The notes under the pieces: model-generated | What the model was told of the DNA's origin: nothing | Seen by the model: the letters and a program-made list of their open reading frames with translations, nothing else | The model's database searches: none | Position numbers and translations under genes: made by a program | Shown: positions 20,337 to 30,037 of the stretch, piece after piece | How positions within the stretch are numbered: the first letter of the stretch is position 1 | Layout: every line of letters starts with the position of its first letter | NCBI GenBank assembly: GCA_020402945.1 | Contig: JADBYQ010000010.1 | Location: 631-64,630, forward strand | Length of the DNA: 64,000 nucleotides | Source of the DNA: Cytophagales bacterium | GTDB taxonomy: Bacteria; Bacteroidota; Bacteroidia; Cytophagales; Cyclobacteriaceae | Direction of reading: 5' to 3'

Positions 20337-20562
20337 GAATTGAATTTTTTGGTGGCCAAATATAGCCTAATGACCAGTTCCATATGCGCGAACCTTTATA
20401 AAAGCGCGGTTTTAATGATAGATGGCAAACTAGATGCAATATCGGCTTGAAAGTCGCGGTCAAGCCCATTTTTCGAACCTCCCAAATTTTCAACACACCA
20501 ACAGCCAAATTCCTTTGCGATAAAAAATGAATTGGACTCTAAGAAAATCGGTCAAATACGGC

Positions 20563-20570
20563 TATTTTTG
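20563..20570 (+). promoter_or_regulatory. Bacteroidota -7 element upstream of the PDH E2 gene
   Basis: TATTTTTG matches TAnnTTTG. Confidence 0.5.
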
Positions 20571-20606
20571 ACATTCAGATTAAAGTAGAACTTAAAGAAA
20601 ATTGCG

Positions 20607-22232
20607 ATGGCTGAGATTGTACGTATGCCCAAGATGAGCGACACGATGACCGAAGGGGTGATCGCCAAATGGCATAAAAAAGTGGGTGACGCTGTGAAGA
20701 CAGGCGAGTTAATGGCAGAAATCGAAACAGATAAAGCCACGATGGATTACGAATCGTTTAACGCAGGAACTGTCCTGTACCTAGGGGCGAAAGAGGGCGA
20801 ACCCGTTCAAATAAATGGTGTGCTTGCCATTGTGGGAAACAAAGGCGAAGACTATTCCGCTCTTTTGGCTGGTGCAAATTCTGCAGCAGTCAGTGGTGGC
20901 GCAAAAGCGGAACAGCCAAAACAAGAAGTAAAAACCGAATCATCTGCACCTTCTAACGTCATCGACACCTCGGGAATAAAAGCAGAGATTGCGTTGATGC
21001 CTAAGATGAGCGATACCATGACCGAAGGTGTCATAGCGGTATGGCATAAAAAGGTGGGCGATCAAGTAAAGACTGGGGAGTTATTGGCTGAAATCGAGAC
21101 GGACAAAGCTACGATGGACTACGAATCCTACAGCACCGGAACTCTATTGTACGTTGGCGCAAACGCGAAAGAGGCGGTAAAGATCAACGGAGTTCTCGCC
21201 ATTGTTGGAGAAAAAGGCGCTGACTGGCAAACATTATTGAAAGCCCATGAGCAAAAAAATTCAGCGATAACTACAGCTGCTGCCTCTTCACCCAAAGCTG
21301 TTTCTGCTCCTGCGGCAAACGCCTCTAACAGCACATCCGATTCTTCGGCCAATGGAAGAGTAAAAGCTTCTCCACTAGCCAAAAGTATTGCAAAAGAACT
21401 AGGTTACGATATTAGCAAAATTACTGGCACGGGAGATAATGGTCGAGTGACCAAACAGGATGTAGAAAACTACAAACCTTCTGCTCAAACGGCTACTGCC
21501 ACTCCATCAAAATCAGCAGCACCTGTTGTGTTGCCGCAAGTAGTTGGCAAAGAAAGCTTTGAAGAAATTCCGGTTTCTCAGATGAGAAAAACCATCGCGA
21601 AGCGCTTGGCAGAGAGTAAATTCTCTGCACCTCATTTCTATCTCACGATGGAAATCAACATGGACAAAGCGATCGAAGCACGCAAAAGCATGAATGAAAT
21701 TGCTCCGGTAAAAATTTCCTTCAATGACATGGTGATCAAAGCGGTGGCTGCTGCTCTTCGCCAAAACTCAGATGTAAACGTAAGTTGGCTGGGCGATAAA
21801 ATGCGCAAGAATCATCACATCCATATCGGTGTGGCTGTGGCCGTAAAAGATGGCTTGCTTGTTCCTGTCATCCGCTTTGCCGATAACAAATCACTCTCGC
21901 ACATTGCGATGGAAGTAAAAGACCTCGCACAAAAAGCACACGATAAGAAATTGCAACCCAGCGATTGGGAAGGAAGCACATTTACTATTTCAAATCTAGG
22001 TATGTTCGGCATTGAAGATTTCACTGCCATCATCAACCCTCCGGATGCATGCATTTTAGCTATTGGTGGAATCAAAGAAACAGCGGTTGTGAAAAACGGC
22101 CAACTGGTTCCCGGTAGCGTGATGAAAGTGACCATGTCTTGTGATCACCGCGCTGTAGACGGAGCAGTTGGTGCTGCCTTCTTGAAAACGTTGAAAGGGT
22201 TGCTGGAAGATCCGGTAAGGATATTGATTTGA
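20607..22232 (+). CDS. pdhC: Pyruvate dehydrogenase E2 (dihydrolipoamide acetyltransferase) with two lipoyl domains
   Basis: Two MPKMSDTMTEG...EIETDKAT domains, ASPLAK E3-binding domain, catalytic DHRAVDGA. Confidence 0.95.
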   Translation: MAEIVRMPKMSDTMTEGVIAKWHKKVGDAVKTGELMAEIETDKATMDYESFNAGTVLYLGAKEGEPVQINGVLAIVGNKGEDYSALLAGANSAAVSGGAKAEQPKQEVKTESSAPSNVIDTSGIKAEIALMPKMSDTMTEGVIAVWHKKVGDQVKTGELLAEIETDKATMDYESYSTGTLLYVGANAKEAVKINGVLAIVGEKGADWQTLLKAHEQKNSAITTAAASSPKAVSAPAANASNSTSDSSANGRVKASPLAKSIAKELGYDISKITGTGDNGRVTKQDVENYKPSAQTATATPSKSAAPVVLPQVVGKESFEEIPVSQMRKTIAKRLAESKFSAPHFYLTMEINMDKAIEARKSMNEIAPVKISFNDMVIKAVAAALRQNSDVNVSWLGDKMRKNHHIHIGVAVAVKDGLLVPVIRFADNKSLSHIAMEVKDLAQKAHDKKLQPSDWEGSTFTISNLGMFGIEDFTAIINPPDACILAIGGIKETAVVKNGQLVPGSVMKVTMSCDHRAVDGAVGAAFLKTLKGLLEDPVRILI

Positions 22233-22343
22233 TGGCCTGAAAAAACAAAAGTGGCGGCAAGGAAAAAAATCAGTAGGAATATTCTTCTGGCTTTTTTGAA
22301 GTCATTTGAATGAACAAGATTTATTGCATTTAAGCGCAAATCT

Positions 22344-22934
22344 ATGGAGGTTAGAGAACCAATTGTAGCTTACAATAAAAAACACCTTACCATTGAGGAG
22401 TACTTAGACTTCGAAGAATCTTCTGAGGAAAAACATGAGTATTTTCAAGGAGAGGTATTTGCAATGGCTGGGGCAGGAGACCCTCATAGCGAGATTTTCT
22501 CAAATTTATTTCTTGAACTTGGAAGCCAACTAAAAGGAAAAGGCTGTCGCCCTTACGGTAGTGACAAACGCCTTCACATTCCTGAGAATACTCTTTTCAC
22601 TTATCCCGATATCTCGATTTATTGTGGTGAAAAAAAGAAATTCGAAAAGAACGAAAACACATCCCTAATGCCCACGGTTCTCATTGAAATCTTATCACCA
22701 AGCACAAAAAACTATGACCGAGGCGGAAAATTCAAATTGTATCGCGATATCCCTTCCTTAAAAGAATACGTTCTTGTTGATTCAGAATCTATCAGTGTAG
22801 AGATTTTTAGATTAAATTCAGTCAATCATTGGGAGTTGGAAGAATACAAATCAATAGAACAAAGCCTTTTGATTGAAGCCTTGAGCGTGACATTACCCTT
22901 ACGCGACATCTACGAACATACCGAACTTCATTAA
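22344..22934 (+). CDS. Uma2 family (PD-(D/E)XK-like) putative endonuclease
   Basis: [55 protein letters not shown]. Confidence 0.92.
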   Translation: MEVREPIVAYNKKHLTIEEYLDFEESSEEKHEYFQGEVFAMAGAGDPHSEIFSNLFLELGSQLKGKGCRPYGSDKRLHIPENTLFTYPDISIYCGEKKKFEKNENTSLMPTVLIEILSPSTKNYDRGGKFKLYRDIPSLKEYVLVDSESISVEIFRLNSVNHWELEEYKSIEQSLLIEALSVTLPLRDIYEHTELH

Positions 22935-22981
22935 ATGACCGAAATGCACTCTACAGCTATTGTGAATAATAATGCTCGATA

Positions 22982-23374
22982 ATGACTAAGGAAGATCACA
23001 TTAAGTATTGGGTTACTACCTCCAAGAATGATTGGAAAAGAGCTGAGTCATTGTTGAAATTAAAAGACTATGCCTTTGCCCTTTTCTGCTTGCATTTAAG
23101 GATTGAAAAATTGGCGAAAGCGTTGTGGATAAAAGAACACGAAACTGATTATCCTCCACGAATCCACAATCTCATTACGCTTTTCTCAAAAACATCTTTC
23201 AGCGCAAATGACGATCAACTTTCACTGATGAATGAACTTAACTTTTTTCAAATGGAAGGGCGTTACCCTGAACACGCGAAGAAAATTCATCGAATAGCAA
23301 GGGCTGCTTACACAAAGGATTTATTTGTAAAAACGAAAGAACTAAAGCTATGCGCACTAAAGATGCTGCGATAA
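22982..23374 (+). CDS. HEPN domain protein (HEPN-MNT module)
   Basis: YW...DWKRAE-LL...ALFCLHL-IEKLAKAL...PPRIHNL...RYP. Confidence 0.88.
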   Translation: MTKEDHIKYWVTTSKNDWKRAESLLKLKDYAFALFCLHLRIEKLAKALWIKEHETDYPPRIHNLITLFSKTSFSANDDQLSLMNELNFFQMEGRYPEHAKKIHRIARAAYTKDLFVKTKELKLCALKMLR

Positions 23375-23670
23375 GGTACGCACAAAAATATCTGTTGATG
23401 ACTAAAACACTCAATATTAAAGTTGAGAAGGCCATTCTATTTGGCTCTTACACCAATAATTCACAAAATCAATACTCGGATATTGATTTGGCTATCATTT
23501 CCAAAGACTTCACAGAGAATCCGTTAGAAAATTGGAAAAAAGTTGGATTGGCCACGATTAAATATCACCGCATAGAGCCACACCTATTCACCTGGAAAGA
23601 CTATCAGGGGAATAGTCCATTTTTGATTGACGAGATTTTAAAAACAGGAATTGAAATTCCTATACCATAA
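23350..23670 (+). CDS. Minimal nucleotidyltransferase (MNT), partner of the HEPN gene
   Basis: ILFGSY-x9-SDIDLAII motif; overlaps the HEPN gene. Confidence 0.88.
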   Translation: MRTKDAAIRYAQKYLLMTKTLNIKVEKAILFGSYTNNSQNQYSDIDLAIISKDFTENPLENWKKVGLATIKYHRIEPHLFTWKDYQGNSPFLIDEILKTGIEIPIP

Positions 23671-23671
23671 G

Positions 23672-24211
23672 ATGCAAAAAATACACGCTACCACCATCCT
23701 TGCTGTGCAGCACAATGGCCAAGTCGCCATCGGGGGCGATGGGCAAGCAACCATGGGCAACACGATTGCCAAGAGTAATGTAAAAAAAATTCGGAGGCTG
23801 CAAGATGGGAAAGTACTCACCGGTTTTGCAGGATCCACTGCGGATGCGTTTACACTACTCGATCGATTTGACGAGAAACTAAACGCGTATAGCGGCAACA
23901 TGAAGCGTGCAGCTATTGAGCTAGCCAAAGACTGGCGCACTGATCGCTTCCTTAGAAGACTCGAAGCCATGTTGATTGCGGTGAACAAAGATGAAATTCT
24001 GGTTATATCTGGAACAGGAGATGTATTGGAGCCCGATCATCAGGTGGCGGCTATTGGTTCGGGGTCCATGTATGCGCAATCGGCAGCGTTAGCTTTGAAA
24101 AAACATGCTCCTCATTTGACGGCTGAGGAAATGGTGCGTGAGAGTTTAACCATTGCTGCTGACATTTGCATTTATACCAATCATAACTTGGTGATAGAGA
24201 AAATCGGCTAG
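23672..24211 (+). CDS. hslV: ATP-dependent protease peptidase subunit HslV
   Basis: [41 protein letters not shown] and ICIYTN; likely start is the ATG at 23672. Confidence 0.97.
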   Translation: MQKIHATTILAVQHNGQVAIGGDGQATMGNTIAKSNVKKIRRLQDGKVLTGFAGSTADAFTLLDRFDEKLNAYSGNMKRAAIELAKDWRTDRFLRRLEAMLIAVNKDEILVISGTGDVLEPDHQVAAIGSGSMYAQSAALALKKHAPHLTAEEMVRESLTIAADICIYTNHNLVIEKIG

Positions 24212-25278
24212 TCGGTTTTTTCAGGTATTTCTTCGACCACTTCTTCCGCTGGTAGCTCGGGGTGTTTATCTTCCAATAGAATAACAAACGGCTTTAGTGA
24301 AGTCGAGTAGGAAAGTAAAATTTTCAAAATTCCGACAGCTGGTACAGCTAGAATCATTCCTGCAATACCCCAAATCTTTCCTCCCACCAGTAATGCCACA
24401 ATAGCTGCCAGTGCGTTGATGCTGATTTTCGAACCCGTTATTTTGGGGGTAATAAAATTTCCCTCTAAAAACTGAACAAAACTATGCACGGCAATTACAC
24501 CAACTGCATACCAACCACTGTCTTTGGTAACCAAGGCCAACAATGTGGGCAGCGCAGCTCCAATCGTAATACCTACATAGGGAATCATCGTTAATGTGCC
24601 TGAAAGAAACCCAAAGAAAATGGCATGTTCAATACCTAATAGTAATAGTCCAATGCTGTTTAGTACCGCTGCTATCAAAGTAACCAGTGTCAGTCCTGAG
24701 ATATAGCCGCGAATGACAGCCTGAATCTCTGACTTCCATGACAAACTTGAGGTAGGCCAAACGGCCAACAAGAAATCATTGAATCGTTCGCGGTACAGCA
24801 AAAACAGAAAAATATAAATCGGTACCTGTATAAAGAAATAGGCGAAATACGATGTGGAAAGTAACAGCGAGCCAAAATAGGATGAAAAGTTCTTCAAGCC
24901 ATCTTTCAAAAGCTGAGTTTGCTCATGCGTGTCTATTCTAAGAATAGTATTTGCCTGCTCGCTGACCGAGTTGATCAAGGCCATAAACCGTCCCTCCAGA
25001 TCAGGAAGACTATCTGAAAGACTAGCAAGTTGTGCAGCCACAAACCAAAAAATAAGGAGCATTACAAAAAACGCAAACAGCAGTACAAGTACGATTGAAA
25101 AAATTCTACCAGTCCTGCTTTCAAATCGCTTCGCCAGTGGCAACAACACCATCGAAAAGAGCGCACCAAAAGCAATTGGCATTACAATATCCTTGGCGAA
25201 AATAAGACCCGCAATAGCCAGCCCAATCACGGCCAATGTTTTATAAATTCTGTCTAGTTTGTCGTGAGTTGCCTCCAT
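24208..25278 (-). CDS. AI-2E family transporter
   Basis: Polytopic membrane protein; IPYVGITIG and [20 protein letters not shown]. Confidence 0.9.
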   Translation of the reverse strand: MEATHDKLDRIYKTLAVIGLAIAGLIFAKDIVMPIAFGALFSMVLLPLAKRFESRTGRIFSIVLVLLFAFFVMLLIFWFVAAQLASLSDSLPDLEGRFMALINSVSEQANTILRIDTHEQTQLLKDGLKNFSSYFGSLLLSTSYFAYFFIQVPIYIFLFLLYRERFNDFLLAVWPTSSLSWKSEIQAVIRGYISGLTLVTLIAAVLNSIGLLLLGIEHAIFFGFLSGTLTMIPYVGITIGAALPTLLALVTKDSGWYAVGVIAVHSFVQFLEGNFITPKITGSKISINALAAIVALLVGGKIWGIAGMILAVPAVGILKILLSYSTSLKPFVILLEDKHPELPAEEVVEEIPEKTD

Positions 25279-25289
25279 TTTATTTGTTT

Positions 25290-26474
25290 TTAAGAATTAT
25301 CAATAGCTTGTAAGATAATAGCACAAGCTTCCCTGATTTCAGCTTCGGTAATAGTGAGCGGAGGCGCAATACGAAAACTGTTTGGATGTGAGAGAAACCA
25401 ATAACAAATCACCCCGTGCTCCTTCGCATATTGCACAATTCGATTTACTCTTTCTTCTGAGTCAAAATCAAATGCGAAGAGTAATCCAAATCTTCTTACT
25501 TCCTTTACTTTAGAATGGCGCAACAAGTCTTCAATCAGTTTACCCTTTGCCTCTACCGTTGTCAATAAATTTTCTTCCTCAATAATTTCTAACACCGCCA
25601 GTGCAGATGCGCAACACACCGGATTGCCACCAAAGGTTGTAATGTGACCTAACATCGGTTTTGAAGCCAGCGTTTGCATATTCTCAAAACTTGAAATGAA
25701 ACTGCCAATCGGCAACCCTCCGCCAAATGATTTGGCAAGTGTTAAAATATCTGGCACCACATCAAAATGCTCAAAGGCGAACAACTTTCCTGTTCGTCCC
25801 ATACCACATTGTATCTCATCGAAAATCAACAACGTTCCGGTAGCTGTGCATTTTTTTCTTACGGCTTGCAAGTATTCTTTACTAGGAATGCGTACACCTG
25901 CGTCTCCCTGTATCGTCTCCATGATCACGCAAGCCGTTCGCTCCGTGATTTGATCGAGATCACCAGGATTGTTAAAATCAATAAAGTTTACATCGGGAAG
26001 TAACGGGCGAAAAGCGCGCTTCTTAACTTCGTTGCCGGAGATACTCAACGAACCATGAGTACTACCATGATAACTCTTGCGGCACGCAATCATTTCCGTT
26101 CTGCCGGTCACTCGCTTCGCTAACTTCAAAGCGGCTTCATTGGCCTCCGTCCCGGAATTCACAAAATAACAGCAATTTAAATTGGGAGGAAGTAAACTCG
26201 TCAATTTCTCAGCAAGCAAATTGGACGGGGATTGAATGTACTCACCATACACCATTACGTGCAAATACTTATCGACCTGATCTTTAATGGCTTTTACAAT
26301 TTTTGGATGACGGTGACCGACATTACTTACGGCAATACCCGAAATCATATCGATGTATCTCTTGCCGGTGGCACTGTACAGATAAACTCCTTCTGCTCGT
26401 TCTACAGAAATTAAAAAGGGGTGCGGAGAAGTAGGCGCTAGCTTCTTAAAAAATGTGTCCTCGCTATAATCCAT
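25290..26474 (-). CDS. Class III PLP-dependent aminotransferase (acetylornithine aminotransferase-like)
   Basis: NSGTEANEAALK, SYHGST, FDEIQCGMGRTG, LAKSFGGG and TTFGGNP. Confidence 0.92.
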   Translation of the reverse strand: MDYSEDTFFKKLAPTSPHPFLISVERAEGVYLYSATGKRYIDMISGIAVSNVGHRHPKIVKAIKDQVDKYLHVMVYGEYIQSPSNLLAEKLTSLLPPNLNCCYFVNSGTEANEAALKLAKRVTGRTEMIACRKSYHGSTHGSLSISGNEVKKRAFRPLLPDVNFIDFNNPGDLDQITERTACVIMETIQGDAGVRIPSKEYLQAVRKKCTATGTLLIFDEIQCGMGRTGKLFAFEHFDVVPDILTLAKSFGGGLPIGSFISSFENMQTLASKPMLGHITTFGGNPVCCASALAVLEIIEEENLLTTVEAKGKLIEDLLRHSKVKEVRRFGLLFAFDFDSEERVNRIVQYAKEHGVICYWFLSHPNSFRIAPPLTITEAEIREACAIILQAIDNS

Positions 26475-26515
26475 TCGGTAAATCTGCTCATCAAGTTGTG
26501 AAAAAGTAAAGGAAT

Positions 26516-26549
26516 AAAAAAAGCCCCGATGATTTTACTCACCGAGGCT
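26516..26549 (-). terminator. Rho-independent terminator
   Basis: Minus strand AGCCTCGGTGA-GTAAAA-TCATCGGGGCT followed by a U tract. Confidence 0.75.
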
Positions 26550-26568
26550 CACACTAAACACCCAATCT

Positions 26569-26943
26569 TTAATTTTCTTGTACTACACCCTGTTGATTAT
26601 TGTCAGACTGGGCTACTAAAACCGGCTTATAATTGATGCGAACATACGAAGGAGCATCGATTTCAGCCTGTGGCTTATACTTTACTGGCTTCGGCTTTCC
26701 TTGGAGAAAAGCAAAAAATGGTTGCCTCGGTTCTTGGGCTCTTTTCTTGGCCAAGATAAAACACACCTTGCTGTTTATTTTTATTTGTGATTTGTATTTG
26801 CTCTTGAAATGCTTTGCCTTCGATGTATGAAAGTCTTGCGCCTGCAAAGATTGTGATATCACGATTCCGGCAAGAATCAATGCGGCTAGCACTGTTATTT
26901 GTTTTACTCGGCTTCTCAGGTTGATGTTCATTGGCTTTTCCAT
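26569..26943 (-). CDS. Hypothetical secreted basic protein
   Basis: Signal-peptide-like segment after the probable start MEKPMNIN; followed by a terminator. Confidence 0.6.
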   Translation of the reverse strand: MEKPMNINLRSRVKQITVLAALILAGIVISQSLQAQDFHTSKAKHFKSKYKSQIKINSKVCFILAKKRAQEPRQPFFAFLQGKPKPVKYKPQAEIDAPSYVRINYKPVLVAQSDNNQQGVVQEN

Positions 26944-27111
26944 ACTCCTCGGGTTAACTGGAACAAATGTCAGAGTCTGCCGGGTCTCAATTTTGATGGA
27001 TTTATTTGAAATCCTACATCCGTACAATAGGAAACCAAAAGGGGCTTAGGTCATTTTCTACTTGTGGAGATGGGGGTAAATCCCAAAAAAATGTGCTCGT
27101 CTAGCGAAAAG

Positions 27112-27534
27112 CTAGCTTTTCTGAAGTTTTAAGAAGTCAATCACCTCTTTTCTTACATTCTCATGTGATGTGCGGTCAAATTCTATCGTTGCAATGGACT
27201 TAAATAAATCCCCCACCATACCCTCCTTGAAGCCCAACCGGGAAGCATAAATAGATGCTACTTCCAATTCTGAGTCCTCCACCATTTGATCCAAATATAT
27301 CATGTGAACAAGATGATAAACAGACTCCAATCTGTCTATTTCGCTTGCGGGCGGAACATAAGGAGCGTGAAGCCCTTTTCCAATGACATCAACATCGTGT
27401 ACACTGATGTTTAGGTGTATACCCCATTTCAAAATGCAACGCATGTGAGATCCGCGAATATGCTCTTGTTCGAAAAAAACTGACAATAGATTAAAGTAGC
27501 TATCCTTAATCGGTTTTACATCTTCGTTTTTCAC
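27112..27534 (-). CDS. Hypothetical TerB-like protein
   Basis: C-terminal half (VYHLVHMIYLDQMVEDSELEVASIYASRLGF) resembles the 15371-15808 protein (LYDLVHMMTIDKNVNSEELKLSHIFAVKLGY). Confidence 0.6.
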   Translation of the reverse strand: MKNEDVKPIKDSYFNLLSVFFEQEHIRGSHMRCILKWGIHLNISVHDVDVIGKGLHAPYVPPASEIDRLESVYHLVHMIYLDQMVEDSELEVASIYASRLGFKEGMVGDLFKSIATIEFDRTSHENVRKEVIDFLKLQKS

Positions 27535-27687
27535 ATTCTAATGGATTGTGTGGCCGCAAGTTAGTTGAAAAATAGTAGCTCGCTGTTAAAAACGATCAGG
27601 TTTTTGGTTTTGAGTTACTACTGTAAATGTCAGCCAAGTGACTCACAAAAAGGCCTGAAAAAAGCACATTTGAGGAAAACCAATTCT

Positions 27688-28270
27688 ATGAGTGGTAAAT
27701 TGATTGCGCTGGTGCTATTGGGATGTTTTTCTTGCATTGGGGTAGATAAAAAAGACGCAGTGCCTCGCGATCCCATATTAATTTTGTTAGCCGGAGGAAA
27801 ACTAACCACCACCGACAAAAGTGGTGTGCCGATGGAGAAAGGAAATATGGGCATTCTTGCCCTTCAGGTGGGTGAAAAACAAACGGTTTCGATTGAATTT
27901 TTTAATCAATGTGAAAAGTAACATTCTCAAATTCAATGTGGGTGCAGTGGCAGGCGTGAGAACCGGAACGTTTCAAAGTGCTGGCGGATACTCGACTGTA
28001 GGCTCCGTAACGGTCGAAGAATTGGGCGGCAAGTTGGTTGTGAAATTGAGCAATAACTTCCAAGCTAGTGTAGCACCGGGAACCTTTATCTATTTGGCCA
28101 ACTCTACTTCAGGTGGAAATGTGAAGTCAGCCGGACTTGATTTGGGGCAGTGGAGCAGTGGAGCCCGAAATTTTGACGTACCTGGAGTTACATTAAATCA
28201 GTACAAATATGTAGTCGTCCTTTGTAAGCCTGCCGGCATCACATTTGGATTCGCTGAATTCAAACCCTAA
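27688..28270 (+). pseudogene. DM13-domain lipoprotein, frameshifted
   Basis: Lipobox N-terminus (LLGCFSC) in one frame ends EFFNQCEK* at 27921. The DM13-like domain (GTFQSAGGY...PGTFIYLA...YVVVLCKPAGITFG) continues in another frame from about 27911; T6 run at 27898-27903. Confidence 0.7.
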
Positions 28271-28277
28271 TTTTTTT

Positions 28278-29126
28278 ATGAAGAAGCATCTTATTTTAAT
28301 CTTGATTTATTTTACTGTCGCATCTATTGCAATAGCCGGAGGGGGGTGGCCGCAACCCAAAAACAAAGGTTATTTCAAACTGTCGCAGTCTTATATTTTG
28401 TCTTCCAGAATTTTTGATGGCAATGGGAATGTGATTGACCTCACTCCTTCTTACGGATACTTTGCAACAAGTTTTTATGGCGAATATGGATTCACTGATC
28501 GCTTAACCGGAATTATATATATGCCTTTTTTTGCACGAGCGACAAAAACTGAACTGCAATACAATCAACCCGGTGTTCCCACCGAACCTGGTGCCGCATT
28601 TAATTCATTTGGTGATACCGATATTGCCATCAAGTATGGCTTGCTTGTAAACAAACCGATTGTTGTTAGCGCTACCATTTTGTTTGGACTACCTTTTGGT
28701 GACAACGGTGCAACCAACGCCAATGCATTGCAAACAGGAGATGGTGAGTTTAATCAAATGCTTCGCGTTGACGCGAGCCATTCGTTTTATCCAAAGAAAT
28801 TCTACGTCTCAGCCTATGCCGCTTTCAATAACCGCACGAAGGGATTTTCGGATGAAGTTCGTTTTGGCGCGGAGATTGGGTGGACGTTAAAAAAATTCAT
28901 TCCCATTCTGAAAGTAAGTACCGTGCACTCACTTTTCAATGGAGATGTTGGCGTGGTACAAAATGGCGTTTTCTCAAACAACATTGAATATATCTCGCCC
29001 GCATTAGAATTGAATTATCAATTGACAGAGAAAGTAGGCATTTCAGGCTCCATGGCAACTGCATTGGCCGCCAGTAACATTTTGGCCTCCCCTAATTTTG
29101 GACTTGGCGTGTATTTGAAGTTGTAG
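28278..29126 (+). CDS. Hypothetical outer-membrane beta-barrel protein
   Basis: Signal peptide, GGWPQPKNKGYFK, amphipathic strands and C-terminal GLGVYLKL. Confidence 0.65.
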   Translation: MKKHLILILIYFTVASIAIAGGGWPQPKNKGYFKLSQSYILSSRIFDGNGNVIDLTPSYGYFATSFYGEYGFTDRLTGIIYMPFFARATKTELQYNQPGVPTEPGAAFNSFGDTDIAIKYGLLVNKPIVVSATILFGLPFGDNGATNANALQTGDGEFNQMLRVDASHSFYPKKFYVSAYAAFNNRTKGFSDEVRFGAEIGWTLKKFIPILKVSTVHSLFNGDVGVVQNGVFSNNIEYISPALELNYQLTEKVGISGSMATALAASNILASPNFGLGVYLKL

Positions 29127-29214
29127 TAGGCTGGGTGAGGGATAAAGCAAAAAGGCCGAAGCACGTTATGCAAAACGCCAGAAAGTAGGGGCTTTCTAGT
29201 TTTGTAATTCATGT

Positions 29215-29985
29215 TTATTCCCCACCTCCGCCTGTACTTCCTTCATAAGAAGTCATCATGGCTCCTAAATATTCACGGTTCATGCGAGCAATGTTAGCTA
29301 CTTTTATTCCTTTGGGGCACTCGGCTTCACACGCATAGGTGTTTGTGCATGAGCCAAACCCTTCTGCATCCATCTGCGCCACCATTTTCTCTGCCCGTTC
29401 CTTTCGCTCTACCTGGCCTTGTGGCAACAATGCAAACTGGGAGACCTTAGCACTTACAAAAAGCATGGCAGACGCATTTTTGCAAGCTGCTACACAGGCT
29501 CCACAACCAATGCAAGTGGCTGCATCAAATGCTTCTTCAGCAACTCGTTTTGGGATAGGTATTTCGTTGGCATCGGGGACACCACCTGTATTTACGTTTA
29601 CGTAGCCGCCTGCTTGTTGTATTCGATCGAAAGCTGAACGATCTACTACTAAGTCCTTAATAACGGGGAACGCTTTAGCTCTCCATGGTTCAACAGTGAT
29701 TGTTTCTCCGTCTTTAAAGGTGCGCATGTGCAATTGGCAGGTAGTAGTTTGTAGAGGCCCATGCGGATGGCCATTGATATACAAACTACACATTCCACAA
29801 ATCCCCTCTCTGCAATCATGATCAAAGGCAATGGACTCCTCCCCCTTTTTTATTAACTCAGTATTTAAAACATCGATCATCTCCAGAAAAGACATATCAG
29901 GTGACGCATGATCTACATTGTATGTCTTAAAAGCACCTTTGGTGTCTTTATTCTTTTGTCTCCAAACCTTTAACTTAATTTTCAT
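29215..29985 (-). CDS. sdhB: Succinate dehydrogenase/fumarate reductase iron-sulfur subunit
   Basis: [16 protein letters not shown] and [12 protein letters not shown] Fe-S motifs. Confidence 0.97.
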   Translation of the reverse strand: MKIKLKVWRQKNKDTKGAFKTYNVDHASPDMSFLEMIDVLNTELIKKGEESIAFDHDCREGICGMCSLYINGHPHGPLQTTTCQLHMRTFKDGETITVEPWRAKAFPVIKDLVVDRSAFDRIQQAGGYVNVNTGGVPDANEIPIPKRVAEEAFDAATCIGCGACVAACKNASAMLFVSAKVSQFALLPQGQVERKERAEKMVAQMDAEGFGSCTNTYACEAECPKGIKVANIARMNREYLGAMMTSYEGSTGGGGE

Positions 29986-30037
29986 AGTGATTTTCTTTTG
30001 GATATAAATTAAATCATCGAATCATCCGATGGCCAAA

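Noticed and set aside
20607-21230. Internal DNA repeat in pdhC
   Set aside because: Ordinary duplicated lipoyl domains of E2.
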